A DNA stretch of 14,509 nt, taken from the IMG/VR virus record IMGVR_UViG_2778261353_000006; one strand, given 5' to 3'. A model generated the notes under the pieces. It was not told the origin of the DNA and made no database searches. It was given only the letters and a program-made list of their open reading frames with translations. Positions 1 to 7,304 of the stretch are shown here, one piece after another. Source of the DNA: a virus (taxonomy: Duplodnaviria > Heunggongvirae > Uroviricota > Caudoviricetes). The number at the start of each line of letters is the position of its first letter. The first letter of the stretch is position 1. A program made the translations under genes and the position numbers.

Positions 1-276
1 GTCGTCTATGAGAAGTCCGGCATGCGTCAGCGCATCCAGTGGTGCTTTCAGGATATTGTCCAGGTCACGACGACGTTTATCCGGTGGCTCTGCAATAATC
101 TTTATCGCCAGCCGTCCGGACAGGTTTAATTTCAGTCGCTGCTGGCGAACAATAAGCGCCACATCACGGCGATAACGCTCACCGGCTTTTGATACAAAAT
201 ATGTGCTGCCACGACGTCGCCAGTAAGTGTTCACCGTTGGCGGGTAAGGCAAAACAAATTCTATGCGTTCAGTCAT
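1..276 (-). CDS. rusA: Holliday-junction resolvase RusA family, N-terminal 92 codons; C-terminus lies beyond window start
   Basis: ATG at 276-274 overlaps the TGA of the upstream DUF968 gene (ATGA). My reverse-complement translation MTERIEFVLPYPPTVNTYWRRRGS...IIAEPPDKRRRDLDNILKAPLDALTHAGLLIDD carries the RusA-type acidic motif (D-x-RRRDLDN...D) and stays open to position 1. Absent from the track because it is truncated. Confidence 0.7.
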   Translation of the reverse strand, partial: MTERIEFVLPYPPTVNTYWRRRGSTYFVSKAGERYRRDVALIVRQQRLKLNLSGRLAIKIIAEPPDKRRRDLDNILKAPLDALTHAGLLIDD

Positions 277-1332
277 TCATGCTTTCCACTTCAGGACACC
301 CGAATTTCTCGCGTGCATTAAAAAACGAATCAGCAACAACAGCTGGCTGCCGTGTTTTTCTTCAAAATCTTTTACCCCGGCGTGTAGTTCGCTATGGCAT
401 TTACGGCACAGCGGAATAACAAACAAATCATCAGCCTTTGTTCCCATCCCTCCCAGTCCATGACCAATGATGTGATGCGGATCATCTGCCTGATTGCCAC
501 ACGTCATGCATTTCTGCGTTTTTACCCAGCGCGTGTATACGGGCATCTCTTCCCGTTGTGGTTTCTGGCGCTGGAGATACTGAGCCGGTGACTCCGGATC
601 AACGGCAATGCTTACCACCGTCTTTTCCTGTGGCGGGTTTTGCTGGTGGGCGTGAGGCAGCGGCGCAAGATTTTTTGTGCGCTGTTTCAGGATGCTGGTG
701 GCTGTCTGCTCTCCCGGTATGATGTCGCTTTCGCGGTACACCGAGCGGATTTTTTCCGCACGTAACCCCAGAGAACGACGTAATGCTGCCTCTGGTAGCG
801 CATCCGCCACCTGATTGCAGACCGCCCACCAGGATAATTCACCCAGCGATAATTCCCGCTCCTGCGTGCCATTCATTGCGTGGCGGATGACATCAATCAT
901 CCATGCTGACAGGTTTTGATGAGCAAGTTGCTCGAGTGATTCGGATGTCTGGTCACGCAGCTGGTTGTCGCAGTGCCAGCACAACACCATTGCGCCGGTA
1001 CCATAACGATGTATGACGGTTTCGCTGTGATGATAATCGCCGTGTGGCCACTGGCAGGATTTAATATGGCGCAACAGCCAGTCAGACAATGCACCAGCAC
1101 CACCAGCAGCACGAATTACCCGTGCGTTACTGAAAAACGGCAGCAATGTTTTGTCTTCCACCAGCGGCTGGCGAACGGCAGGAACGACCCCGGACGGCAG
1201 ATTACGCATGCTTTTCGGTTCCGGCTCCACCAGAACTCGAGGGTTATGAAATACCTGCATGGATTCACGACCCGGTTTTAGCACCACCAGCCCAAGTTCC
1301 GGTACCGGAACCGGTCGAAGCAATACCCGCAC
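277..1332 (-). CDS. ydfU: DUF968-family protein (YdfU-like) with C-terminal Cys/His HNH-like zinc motif
   Basis: C-terminal CMTCGNQADDPHHIIGHGLGGMGTKADDLFVIPLCRKCHSELH. The first codon of the track ORF is GTG (1332-1330) with GGAGG 4-5 nt upstream; the next in-frame ATG at 1260 has no clear SD. Family and symbol are from recalled motif and position next to rem/hok. Confidence 0.7.
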   Translation of the reverse strand: MRVLLRPVPVPELGLVVLKPGRESMQVFHNPRVLVEPEPKSMRNLPSGVVPAVRQPLVEDKTLLPFFSNARVIRAAGGAGALSDWLLRHIKSCQWPHGDYHHSETVIHRYGTGAMVLCWHCDNQLRDQTSESLEQLAHQNLSAWMIDVIRHAMNGTQERELSLGELSWWAVCNQVADALPEAALRRSLGLRAEKIRSVYRESDIIPGEQTATSILKQRTKNLAPLPHAHQQNPPQEKTVVSIAVDPESPAQYLQRQKPQREEMPVYTRWVKTQKCMTCGNQADDPHHIIGHGLGGMGTKADDLFVIPLCRKCHSELHAGVKDFEEKHGSQLLLLIRFLMHARNSGVLKWKA

Positions 1333-1333
1333 G

Positions 1334-1612
1334 TTACCTCCAGATGCGTTGCTGGAATGTGCGGGACGGACGCGGTGGGCGTTCGGAATAAGGGAGTCTG
1401 ACGTAGATTATCCAGTGACGATAATCGAGGCTGAGGGCTTTCCTAAACTCATACCCACGTCTGCGGTAGTTATGAATCAGCCATTCGGCCTGTTCTTCAG
1501 TGCATGGGTCATGCTGGTACCAGTCTGACTTGAATGCGTGAGAATACCGCTCGTGCGTGCGGGCAAGAACGGTCGAATTATCATGATTGTAACATTTTGC
1601 GTTGCGTGCCAT
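1334..1612 (-). CDS. hypothetical protein (92 aa)
   Basis: ATG at 1612 with GGAGAA 6 nt upstream; TAA at 1336-1334 sits inside the SD of the next gene. Protein-like N-terminal two thirds; no family recognised. Confidence 0.55.
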   Translation of the reverse strand: MARNAKCYNHDNSTVLARTHERYSHAFKSDWYQHDPCTEEQAEWLIHNYRRRGYEFRKALSLDYRHWIIYVRLPYSERPPRPSRTFQQRIWR

Positions 1613-1678
1613 CGGTTTTCTCCGGTGGCACGGTGTTACTCAGCGGGAGTTCAGCCCCGCGCAAGATTGTAGATGAGT

Positions 1679-1930
1679 TTATTCTTCTGAAAAAGCAGAA
1701 AAGCCAGCTTTTATTCCGATCTCTTTCAATGCCAGTAATGAAGTGACAAACTCACCTTCGCGCAAGATAAATCCGTCTGTCACTCGAGCATCCACAAAAT
1801 TAATTAACGCAGCCCCATTCTTTCGCAAACACTTAATGCGGTAATGGCTAACAATATTTCCATTTTCAACGCACACAGCATAGAGTCCATCGTCACAAAA
1901 AATTTTATGCACTTCTTCGATGTTCATCAT
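1679..1930 (-). CDS. rem: Rem-like small prophage protein (83 aa)
   Basis: ATG-ATG at 1930/1927 with GGAAGGA SD upstream. Symbol assigned by size (83 aa) and position between ydfU-like and hok, as in K-12 Qin; not checked by alignment. Confidence 0.55.
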   Translation of the reverse strand: MMNIEEVHKIFCDDGLYAVCVENGNIVSHYRIKCLRKNGAALINFVDARVTDGFILREGEFVTSLLALKEIGIKAGFSAFSEE

Positions 1931-2047
1931 CAGAATCCTTCCGGATAATTAGCTCTCCCCTTCAGGGGGCCATCCCTCTTATCCCTGCGCGCTACTTAAG
2001 TGTTTTGGATTCTATATCCGATGTCTTAAAAAAGTTAAAACGCATTG

Positions 2048-2088
2048 AAAATAAAAACAAAAAACCGCCGAAGCAGGTTAAGTGCGGG
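2048..2088 (-). terminator. hok mRNA 3' end: GC stem followed by long U-run
   Basis: Minus strand reads ...CCCGCACTTAACCTGCTTCGGCGG then TTTTTTGTTTTTATTTT. The stem is imperfect, the T-run is strong. Confidence 0.45.
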
Positions 2089-2147
2089 TGCGTTGAGGAT
2101 GCCTGACACATCAGAGGTGGCGAGGGATTTCTCCCTCGCCTGGTCTC

Positions 2148-2303
2148 TTACTCCTCAGGTTCGTAAGCTGTGAAGACAGCGACCTCCGTCTGGCCGGTTC
2201 GGATTCGTACCTCACAGAGGTCTTTCCTCGTTACCAGTGCCGTCACTATGACGGTTAAACAGATGACGATCAGGGCGATTAACATCGCCTTTTGCTGCTT
2301 CAT
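2148..2303 (-). CDS. hokD: Hok-family type I toxin (51 aa, single TM)
   Basis: Own translation MKQQKAMLIALIVICLTVIVTALVTRKDLCEVRIRTGQTEVAVFTAYEPEE; AAGGAG SD upstream; stop TAA at 2150-2148. Too short for the supplied track. Confidence 0.85.
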   Translation of the reverse strand: MKQQKAMLIALIVICLTVIVTALVTRKDLCEVRIRTGQTEVAVFTAYEPEE

Positions 2304-2359
2304 AGCCTGCTTCTCCTTGACCTTTCGGTCCGTAAGAGGCTAATCTCTATGTGTCGCAT
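2300..2359 (-). CDS. mok-like upstream ORF (19 codons) whose TGA overlaps the hok ATG
   Basis: ATG at 2359 with GAGG SD about 9 nt upstream; translation MRHIEISLLRTERSRRSRL; ends ATGA on the hok start, the arrangement used for mok-dependent hok translation. Confidence 0.35.
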   Translation of the reverse strand: MRHIEISLLRTERSRRSRL

Positions 2360-2420
2360 AGATATGGCCTCAGATTAATGTTAAACGTCTTGCAGGACGC
2401 GTAATGTTAACTGGGGCTTT
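2350..2420 (+). ncRNA. Sok-like antisense RNA (approximate extent) with promoter just upstream
   Basis: Plus-strand -35 TTGACC (2317-2322), 18-nt spacer, -10 TAATCT (2341-2346). The transcript would be antisense to the mok-like SD/start region. The 3' end is not defined. Confidence 0.3.
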
Positions 2421-2477
2421 TCTCTATCTACCTTTGGTGTTCATGCCCGAGGCAGATAGCCTCAAGCACCCGCAGCA

Positions 2478-2505
2478 ATTCTACTTAACTCTCGCTTTAC
2501 AGCAA
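2478..2505 (-). promoter_or_regulatory. hok mRNA promoter (-35 TTGCTG, 16-nt spacer, -10 TAGAAT)
   Basis: Minus-strand reading; the predicted 5' leader begins near 2470 with GCTTGAGGCTATCTGCCTC, resembling the hok-family tac 5' element and nearly complementary to CCTCAACGCACC downstream of the hok stop (fbi-like). Confidence 0.4.
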
Positions 2506-2540
2506 ACCGTTTTTGCCCAATATGGGAATAATTCAGTAGG

Positions 2541-3092
2541 TTAAAGCTCCATCAATTTTCCAGCCAGTTCATCCCGCGGAATTACCAGCCATCCGCGCGA
2601 TTTAAGCAAAGCCAAGGCTTCTTCAACCGTCACCAGCTGACCAGGTGCATAACTTCGGATGAAGGCGGTTTTATCATCACGGATCGCCAGATGAAAATCG
2701 ATATTCATTTTGCCCATAGCACGCTCTTTCTCGTACTGGTTGAAGTAGTTATCTTCCAGTTTTTCGAACACTTCCCATGCCTGATCGGTTTCGAGCATTT
2801 TTGCGTGGCGGGCTGCACCGCGTTCTGTCCAGAGGATGAGGGAGCGGGCTTTCGGGGAAATTTTCACCTCATTTTGCGACTCGTTTAAAACTAGTCGCAA
2901 ATTTTTGAGCTCATCACCAACAGCTTTAAAGAAGTGTTTTCCCTCAATAAATCGAGATTTATTTTCATGGTGATTCTGCTGTATACGGATTGCTTCTGTT
3001 CCGTAAAGGCGGGCGAGTAACTCAGTTGTGATTACAGGAATCTGGTTATAAGTGACAGGGGAAAGGTTTTTGACAGTAACTTGAACAGTCAT
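2541..3092 (-). CDS. ORF6N/KilA-N-like DNA-binding protein (possible antirepressor)
   Basis: ATG at 3092 with GTGAGGT SD 5 nt upstream. N-terminal region ...NQIPVITTELLARLYGTEAIRIQQNHHENKSRFIEGKHFF...WTERGAARHAKMLETDQAW has the ORF6N-like pattern as I recall it. Confidence 0.75.
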   Translation of the reverse strand: MTVQVTVKNLSPVTYNQIPVITTELLARLYGTEAIRIQQNHHENKSRFIEGKHFFKAVGDELKNLRLVLNESQNEVKISPKARSLILWTERGAARHAKMLETDQAWEVFEKLEDNYFNQYEKERAMGKMNIDFHLAIRDDKTAFIRSYAPGQLVTVEEALALLKSRGWLVIPRDELAGKLMEL

Positions 3093-3255
3093 AACGACCT
3101 CACGTTTCGATAATTTTCACCTCACCACCTTCAGGTTCCAATCATCGGGTGGCGAACTGTGCAGGGTTGGAACTACCGGTCGAAACATCCGGCGCACCTT
3201 TCGGTGCCCCCACACAGCCCGCCATAAATCGCGAATGTGACTGTGCTTAGCGCAT

Positions 3256-3275
3256 AAAAAAACCGCCAGCGCGGT
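3256..3275 (-). terminator. Rho-independent terminator
   Basis: Minus strand: ACCGC-GCTG-GCGGT stem-loop followed by TTTTTTT, downstream of the DUF551 and 27-aa genes. Confidence 0.55.
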
Positions 3276-3361
3276 ATGCACCGTTTCGATATCCGGGGTT
3301 CCAATCCCGACGCCAGATTTTGCTGGCGCGTCGGAAATATAGCCCCGGATTAGTAATTACG

Positions 3362-3445
3362 TCAACCCCAGCGGCAAATCGAATACACCACCAGCGCCAC
3401 CGCCATCGCAATTCCTACCGTGGTGAATGCCTCAGGCCAGGTCAT
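3362..3445 (-). CDS. small hydrophobic peptide (27 aa), translationally coupled to the DUF551 gene
   Basis: ATG at 3445-3443 overlaps the DUF551 stop TGA 3444-3442 (ATGA). Translation MTWPEAFTTVGIAMAVALVVYSICRWG, one predicted TM segment. Too short for the track. Confidence 0.35.
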   Translation of the reverse strand: MTWPEAFTTVGIAMAVALVVYSICRWG

Positions 3446-4065
3446 TGATTCACCTCCTGCGGTGGTTCCGGTAGCGGCATCCAGTGAGTTGAGCTCTCTA
3501 CTTCGACGCCGTCTTTGTCCACAAAAGCCATCTTATTCCCGCCACGAGTGGGGCAAAAAACCTTATCCCAGGAACCGGGGAATACATTCCCGAGATCATC
3601 GAGAAGAATCACATCGCAATATTCAGCAGGAACTGCATCACTACAGCTTATCCAGCCAGCCGGAGTTCCCGGAGAGCTGGTTGACGTTTCCGAGATTTCC
3701 CGAAAATTGTTGGTTGACGAATTCTTACTTTCCCGAAAGTTTTCGGCCTGAAGCATGGCGACACGGCAAGCGTTCCAGCCATCAGTATATGTTTCAGTTA
3801 CACCGTCGAGATGGCAGGTAAGCAAATCCATTTCATCAGGCACTACCATCGCTGGCGGCGCTGCGTAAAGCGGTGTTATTTCTGCCCGAAAATCACCTAC
3901 TTTATGCAGTCGCACCCACCGTTCGATTTCTGCTTTGTCAGAATTCATAAGGGTGAACGTATTACATTCATGGTTAATTTGCGTGAAGGTTGCCTTCCAC
4001 GCCACCGGCTCTGCTTCCAGTGATGCCAGTGCAATTTTGAATAACTCGCCCTCTACCTGCGCCAT
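3442..4065 (-). CDS. DUF551 domain protein
   Basis: ATG at 4065; C-terminus ...GWISCSDAVPAEY...THWMPLPEPP is the DUF551 hallmark as I recall it. Confidence 0.75.
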   Translation of the reverse strand: MAQVEGELFKIALASLEAEPVAWKATFTQINHECNTFTLMNSDKAEIERWVRLHKVGDFRAEITPLYAAPPAMVVPDEMDLLTCHLDGVTETYTDGWNACRVAMLQAENFRESKNSSTNNFREISETSTSSPGTPAGWISCSDAVPAEYCDVILLDDLGNVFPGSWDKVFCPTRGGNKMAFVDKDGVEVESSTHWMPLPEPPQEVNQ

Positions 4066-4277
4066 CCCTGAATTTGGGTGGCATTTCGCAATCGCTATTT
4101 TTTAATTTGGCTTCTTCGATTAATTACTCTTTGGTTAATTCAGTCATTTTTCATTACCGCCCTTTCAGGCGGCCTCCTGATGTTTTGAGGGTGCAGAAAT
4201 CCCTCCGGTTAAGGATTTAATAAAAACCACTTCTGATTTAAATTTTCAGTGTTTTGTTATCAGATGGTTTATCACCT

Positions 4278-4469
4278 TTATGCTTCAGTCTTATTTCTCA
4301 GCCATACACAAACAGGACCATCTTCAGTGTCATGAATGGAACCAATGAACCAGCCTTCACCTTCCGGGCGCTCCGGTTTCCAAGAGGCAATATCGGGACC
4401 ATCTGCGTCCAGATTAAAATCATCTTCATCCATAGTTCTGATGGTCCATTGAAGATTATTTTCCTCCAT
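4278..4469 (-). CDS. hypothetical acidic protein (63 aa)
   Basis: ATG at 4469; MEENNLQWTIRTMDEDDFNLDADGPDIASWKPERPEGEGWFIGSIHDTEDGPVCVWLRNKTEA. More protein-like than the overlapping 86-aa frame. Confidence 0.5.
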   Translation of the reverse strand: MEENNLQWTIRTMDEDDFNLDADGPDIASWKPERPEGEGWFIGSIHDTEDGPVCVWLRNKTEA

Positions 4470-4580
4470 CCATGCGTTAAACTCTTCCGTTGAAATATGT
4501 TCTCTACCATCACAGAATTTTTCATATTCAGGATGCGTCCAGCAGCCATATTCATCACGTACTACTGGTATTTCTCTATT

Positions 4581-4835
4581 TCATTCATTTCTGTTCTCCC
4601 ACGTTTGCAGACTTTCACCACAGAACGGACAAAATGAAACCCGCACTGGTAATTTAGAAAATTCACCGGAACGCAACATCACCAAATCAGGGTCGCGAGT
4701 TAAATTCTCATTCCAGATTTTGTATATCAGCAGACCTTTTCGCGTCGTGTATTCAGCATCATGCTCAAGGGCTTTTGCCAGTACCGCACATGGTTCTATC
4801 TGATTGCTATTAACCTGACATTTTGATTCGCTCAC
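4581..4835 (-). CDS. hypothetical protein (84 aa from GTG), C-terminal CPFC motif
   Basis: The track ORF begins at GTG 4904 inside the upstream gene. GTG at 4835 has AGGAGG 7 nt upstream and overlaps the upstream stop (GTGA), so it is the more plausible start. Confidence 0.5.
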   Translation of the reverse strand: MSESKCQVNSNQIEPCAVLAKALEHDAEYTTRKGLLIYKIWNENLTRDPDLVMLRSGEFSKLPVRVSFCPFCGESLQTWENRNE

Positions 4836-5290
4836 AGCATCACCTCCTGAAAATTCCCCTGATAAAACGCCAGTACGCGCTGCATAACTTCGCTCTTCCG
4901 GCACTCGCTACAGATTATGTTCTGACGCCTGTCGTAGCGGCGTATTTCTCCGTCTGGTAATGACCAGATAAGGTCCGGATCAACCACAGATGTTTTTTTC
5001 TTCAGCTTTGCCCTTGAGAGTTTTTTGCGGGCGTTTTGCCAGTCCTTACGCGCCTGTTCAGACGGGAATAACCCGTAACCAGAGTTGTACATATCGCCAC
5101 TGGCAACCAGCTCTCTGGCGAGAACGCTGATCAGATATCTTGTCGCACCTGTCTTGGATTCCAGTTGCCGTAACGTCTCGCGCCCACTCCGGCGTACCAG
5201 CTCAACAACCTGCCCTTTAATTTTTTCTCGCTCTTCTTGTGTGAATACTTTTGCCACAAGCCCTCCTGAAAAATCACCTTCACAATTCAT
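4832..5290 (-). CDS. hypothetical protein (152 aa)
   Basis: ATG at 5290 overlaps the P-like stop (ATGA coupling); no family recognised. Confidence 0.65.
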   Translation of the reverse strand: MNCEGDFSGGLVAKVFTQEEREKIKGQVVELVRRSGRETLRQLESKTGATRYLISVLARELVASGDMYNSGYGLFPSEQARKDWQNARKKLSRAKLKKKTSVVDPDLIWSLPDGEIRRYDRRQNIICSECRKSEVMQRVLAFYQGNFQEVML

Positions 5291-5952
5291 ACAAAACCAG
5301 CCGCTTTCCGGCGCTCATATTCCTGTTTCAGCAACTCAATTGGTGTTGGCCCCGACGGACGTTTTGGTGCCGCCAGTTGCCGCCGTACGGGCGGAACGCT
5401 GAGGCCGTTGCCAACATGCTTTGCCCATTTCGTCAGCTGTCGTTCTGCAAGCCGTTTTAACTCCCCTTCGGTCATCTGGCGCTCAATCCCCTGTGAACGC
5501 ATCTCGAGGCAAATGTGATACAGCACAGGTTGAGTCCACGGGTATTTATCGCTTCCGTCGTATCGCCAGGACTCATTGCGCCAGCGTCGGTACTCCTCCA
5601 TCACGGCATCCACCGTCAGACCGAATGGATTGGCCCCGCTTTCCGAAATCAGCGCCACAAACTCAGCCAGGTCCGGAGGCCATGTTTCACCCGCCCGGCA
5701 GCGGTCCATGCACTGGCGGCAGACCTGCCGGATTTGCTGCTCAGTCATCGCACCAATCTGTGCAATCCAGAGCTTCGAAGGTGCGGCCCCGTTCTTCTGG
5801 GTCCAGCGGTTCGAATAAACCTCCCCCATGAGTTCCCACAGCTTCCAGGCCGTTTCCGTCGCTGATAAATCCGTTTTCACGTTCCCACTGCTCACGTGCA
5901 GCCCGAATTTCCTGAACTGCCCGTGATGCGGTGCCACCTGGCGCTGCTGCAT
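5287..5952 (-). CDS. lambda P-like replication protein (helicase loader)
   Basis: ETWPPDLAEFVAL... and DKYPWTQPVLYHICLEMRSQGIERQMTEGELKRLAERQL parallel lambda P (PFLPSPGQFVAW..., ESYPWKSNAHYWLVTNLYQ...TDAELRRKAADEL) as recalled. ATG at 5952 has a GGGGGTGAG SD but overlaps the O-like gene by about 212 nt; alternative ATG at 5829. Confidence 0.7.
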   Translation of the reverse strand: MQQRQVAPHHGQFRKFGLHVSSGNVKTDLSATETAWKLWELMGEVYSNRWTQKNGAAPSKLWIAQIGAMTEQQIRQVCRQCMDRCRAGETWPPDLAEFVALISESGANPFGLTVDAVMEEYRRWRNESWRYDGSDKYPWTQPVLYHICLEMRSQGIERQMTEGELKRLAERQLTKWAKHVGNGLSVPPVRRQLAAPKRPSGPTPIELLKQEYERRKAAGFV

Positions 5953-6781
5953 CTCTCACCCCCTTGCTGACTGGTTTAACCTGTGCCCTGACGTGATTTA
6001 CGTGACGGGCGAATTTCTGCTCCCACTGAACCTGCGTGAACACTTTGCCCTCATCGCTCCAGTAATCCCGGAATGCGGCAAGTTCAGCAGGTGTAAATTC
6101 CGGCTCCGGCAGAGCCACTCCCCACAGAGCCGCCCGTCGTCGAAAATCCCGTGACGGATGCCAGCTATCGGTCATCGGAAATTTTCCGATGGGTTCGCTC
6201 AGGCCATCCAGGAATACGGGTGGCACTGCCTGTAACGACAAAACTTCCTGCTCACTGGTCGGAGCACTCTCGCGTGCGTTATGTGTGGGGTTTAGATCTT
6301 TGGGTTCCTTTGGGTTCCGTGATCCGTTTTTGGGTGTCTTTAATGGAAAATTTGGGTGTCTTTGGTTATTTTCCATACAGAAAAGAGTTCCGTTTCTGGG
6401 GCTGTTTTGTGCTGAAACATAACCGTTTTCGGTACTGTTTTTATTAACAGCACCAATTTTACCCACCTTTAAAGACTCCCGTTTTTGGGTGTATTCAGGC
6501 TCGGCAACACTTTCTTCTACACCGATAAGTCGGTACACTACGATTTGCTTTGTTCGGCCTTTTCTCTCACCGGTATCAACAATTAACCCAATCTCCATCA
6601 GGTGTCGTAAGCTGTCCTGCACAGTCTTTTTGTTCAGTTCCGTTACTTCTGCCAGTGCAGATACAGACGGGTATGCACACAAATCGGCACCGCACATATC
6701 AGCAAGCCAGGTCAATACTGACTTACTGGATGAACTGCCGGTTTTCACCTTTTTAGCCCATCGTAGTGCATCGATACTCAT
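5741..6781 (-). CDS. replication initiator (O-like): N-terminal winged-helix HTH plus C-terminal DnaT-like domain
   Basis: Likely start is ATG 6781 (MSIDALRWAKK..., AGGGG SD); the track start at 6856 adds an implausible 25-aa extension. HTH segment ...SVSALAEVTELNKKTVQDSLRHLMEIGLI...; C-terminal ...PMTDSWHPSRDF...FRDYWSDEGKVFTQVQWEQKFARHV. Confidence 0.7.
   Translation of the reverse strand: MSIDALRWAKKVKTGSSSSKSVLTWLADMCGADLCAYPSVSALAEVTELNKKTVQDSLRHLMEIGLIVDTGERKGRTKQIVVYRLIGVEESVAEPEYTQKRESLKVGKIGAVNKNSTENGYVSAQNSPRNGTLFCMENNQRHPNFPLKTPKNGSRNPKEPKDLNPTHNARESAPTSEQEVLSLQAVPPVFLDGLSEPIGKFPMTDSWHPSRDFRRRAALWGVALPEPEFTPAELAAFRDYWSDEGKVFTQVQWEQKFARHVNHVRAQVKPVSKGVRDAAAPGGTASRAVQEIRAAREQWERENGFISDGNGLEAVGTHGGGLFEPLDPEERGRTFEALDCTDWCDD
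6296..6366. repeat. iteron-like direct repeats (candidate origin) inside the O-like gene
   Basis: TTTGGGTTCC tandem pair (6298-6307, 6308-6317); TTTTTGGGTGTCTTT (6326-6340); TTTGGGTGTCTT (6350-6361); another copy TTTTTGGGTGTATT at 6482-6495; AT-rich stretch about 6437-6475 between them. Confidence 0.5.
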
Positions 6782-7304
6782 ACGAACCCCTGGCAGACAT
6801 TTGTTTATCTGCAAAGTAATATTGGTATTGCTGACGATACGCGTGCTTGAAAGCAATAGCTTTTTCTATAAGCTCGTCAGTCTCACGTTCCACAACAGCT
6901 GGATCCGCAAAAAGCAGCCCGGATTCCACCACATCGCCATATTCTTTGTTTAACCCGGCGATCATGTACGTAATGCTTTTTCCGTCAGTAATTTCACAAT
7001 ACAACCTGAAATCGCTGATCCGGATAGCCTCCATAATTGCCGGAATCAGCGCCGTGAATTTTTCCCGCTTATCCCTGGTGTCGATAGCTTTCCAGCGTTC
7101 GAATATCTTCACCCGGTTAACGCCCAGCGCCCGTTGATCAACCTCGCCATCATTAAACGTGACGCGTTGAACATCGATGTTCGGGCGTTCTTTCAGAGCC
7201 CAGAATGCTTCCGTGATTAATATCGTCGCCTGCTCCTGTGTCATTCCTGGTCGACATACCCAGGCATCCAGAGCCTCACAAACCTGTTCAGGGGTGATTT
7301 TCAT
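6753..7304 (-). CDS. regulatory protein at the cII position, possibly YdaT family
   Basis: ATG at 7304; overlaps the dicC stop by 17 nt. REKFTALIPAIMEAI is reminiscent of YdaT-like proteins; the family assignment is tentative. Confidence 0.6.
   Translation of the reverse strand: MKITPEQVCEALDAWVCRPGMTQEQATILITEAFWALKERPNIDVQRVTFNDGEVDQRALGVNRVKIFERWKAIDTRDKREKFTALIPAIMEAIRISDFRLYCEITDGKSITYMIAGLNKEYGDVVESGLLFADPAVVERETDELIEKAIAFKHAYRQQYQYYFADKQMSARGSYEYRCTTMG

Noticed and set aside
189-1528. Plus-strand ORFs across rusA and the ydfU-like gene (189..419, 263..463, 394..591, 973..1281, 1146..1391, 1259..1528)
   Set aside because: Antisense to genes with recognisable family motifs; no SD; compositionally implausible.
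1634-1660. Hairpin GCGGGGCTGAACTCCCGC after rem as a terminator
   Set aside because: No U-run follows on the minus strand and the next gene's SD is only about 20 nt downstream; more likely an intercistronic stem than a terminator.
3420-3821. 133-aa and 78-aa plus-strand ORFs (3420..3821, 3515..3751)
   Set aside because: They lie antisense to the DUF551 gene, which has a recognisable conserved C-terminus; Pro/Ser/Arg-rich shadow frames with no SD.
4298-4558. 86-aa ORF overlapping the 63-aa gene in another frame
   Set aside because: GTG start and a less protein-like translation than the acidic 63-aa frame; only its first roughly 30 codons lie in otherwise unassigned sequence.
5421-6447. Plus-strand ORFs within the P-like and O-like genes (5421..5831, 5515..5865, 6151..6447, etc.)
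   Set aside because: Antisense shadow frames; the 6151..6447 frame is dominated by the iteron repeats (FGCL/WV-rich translation).
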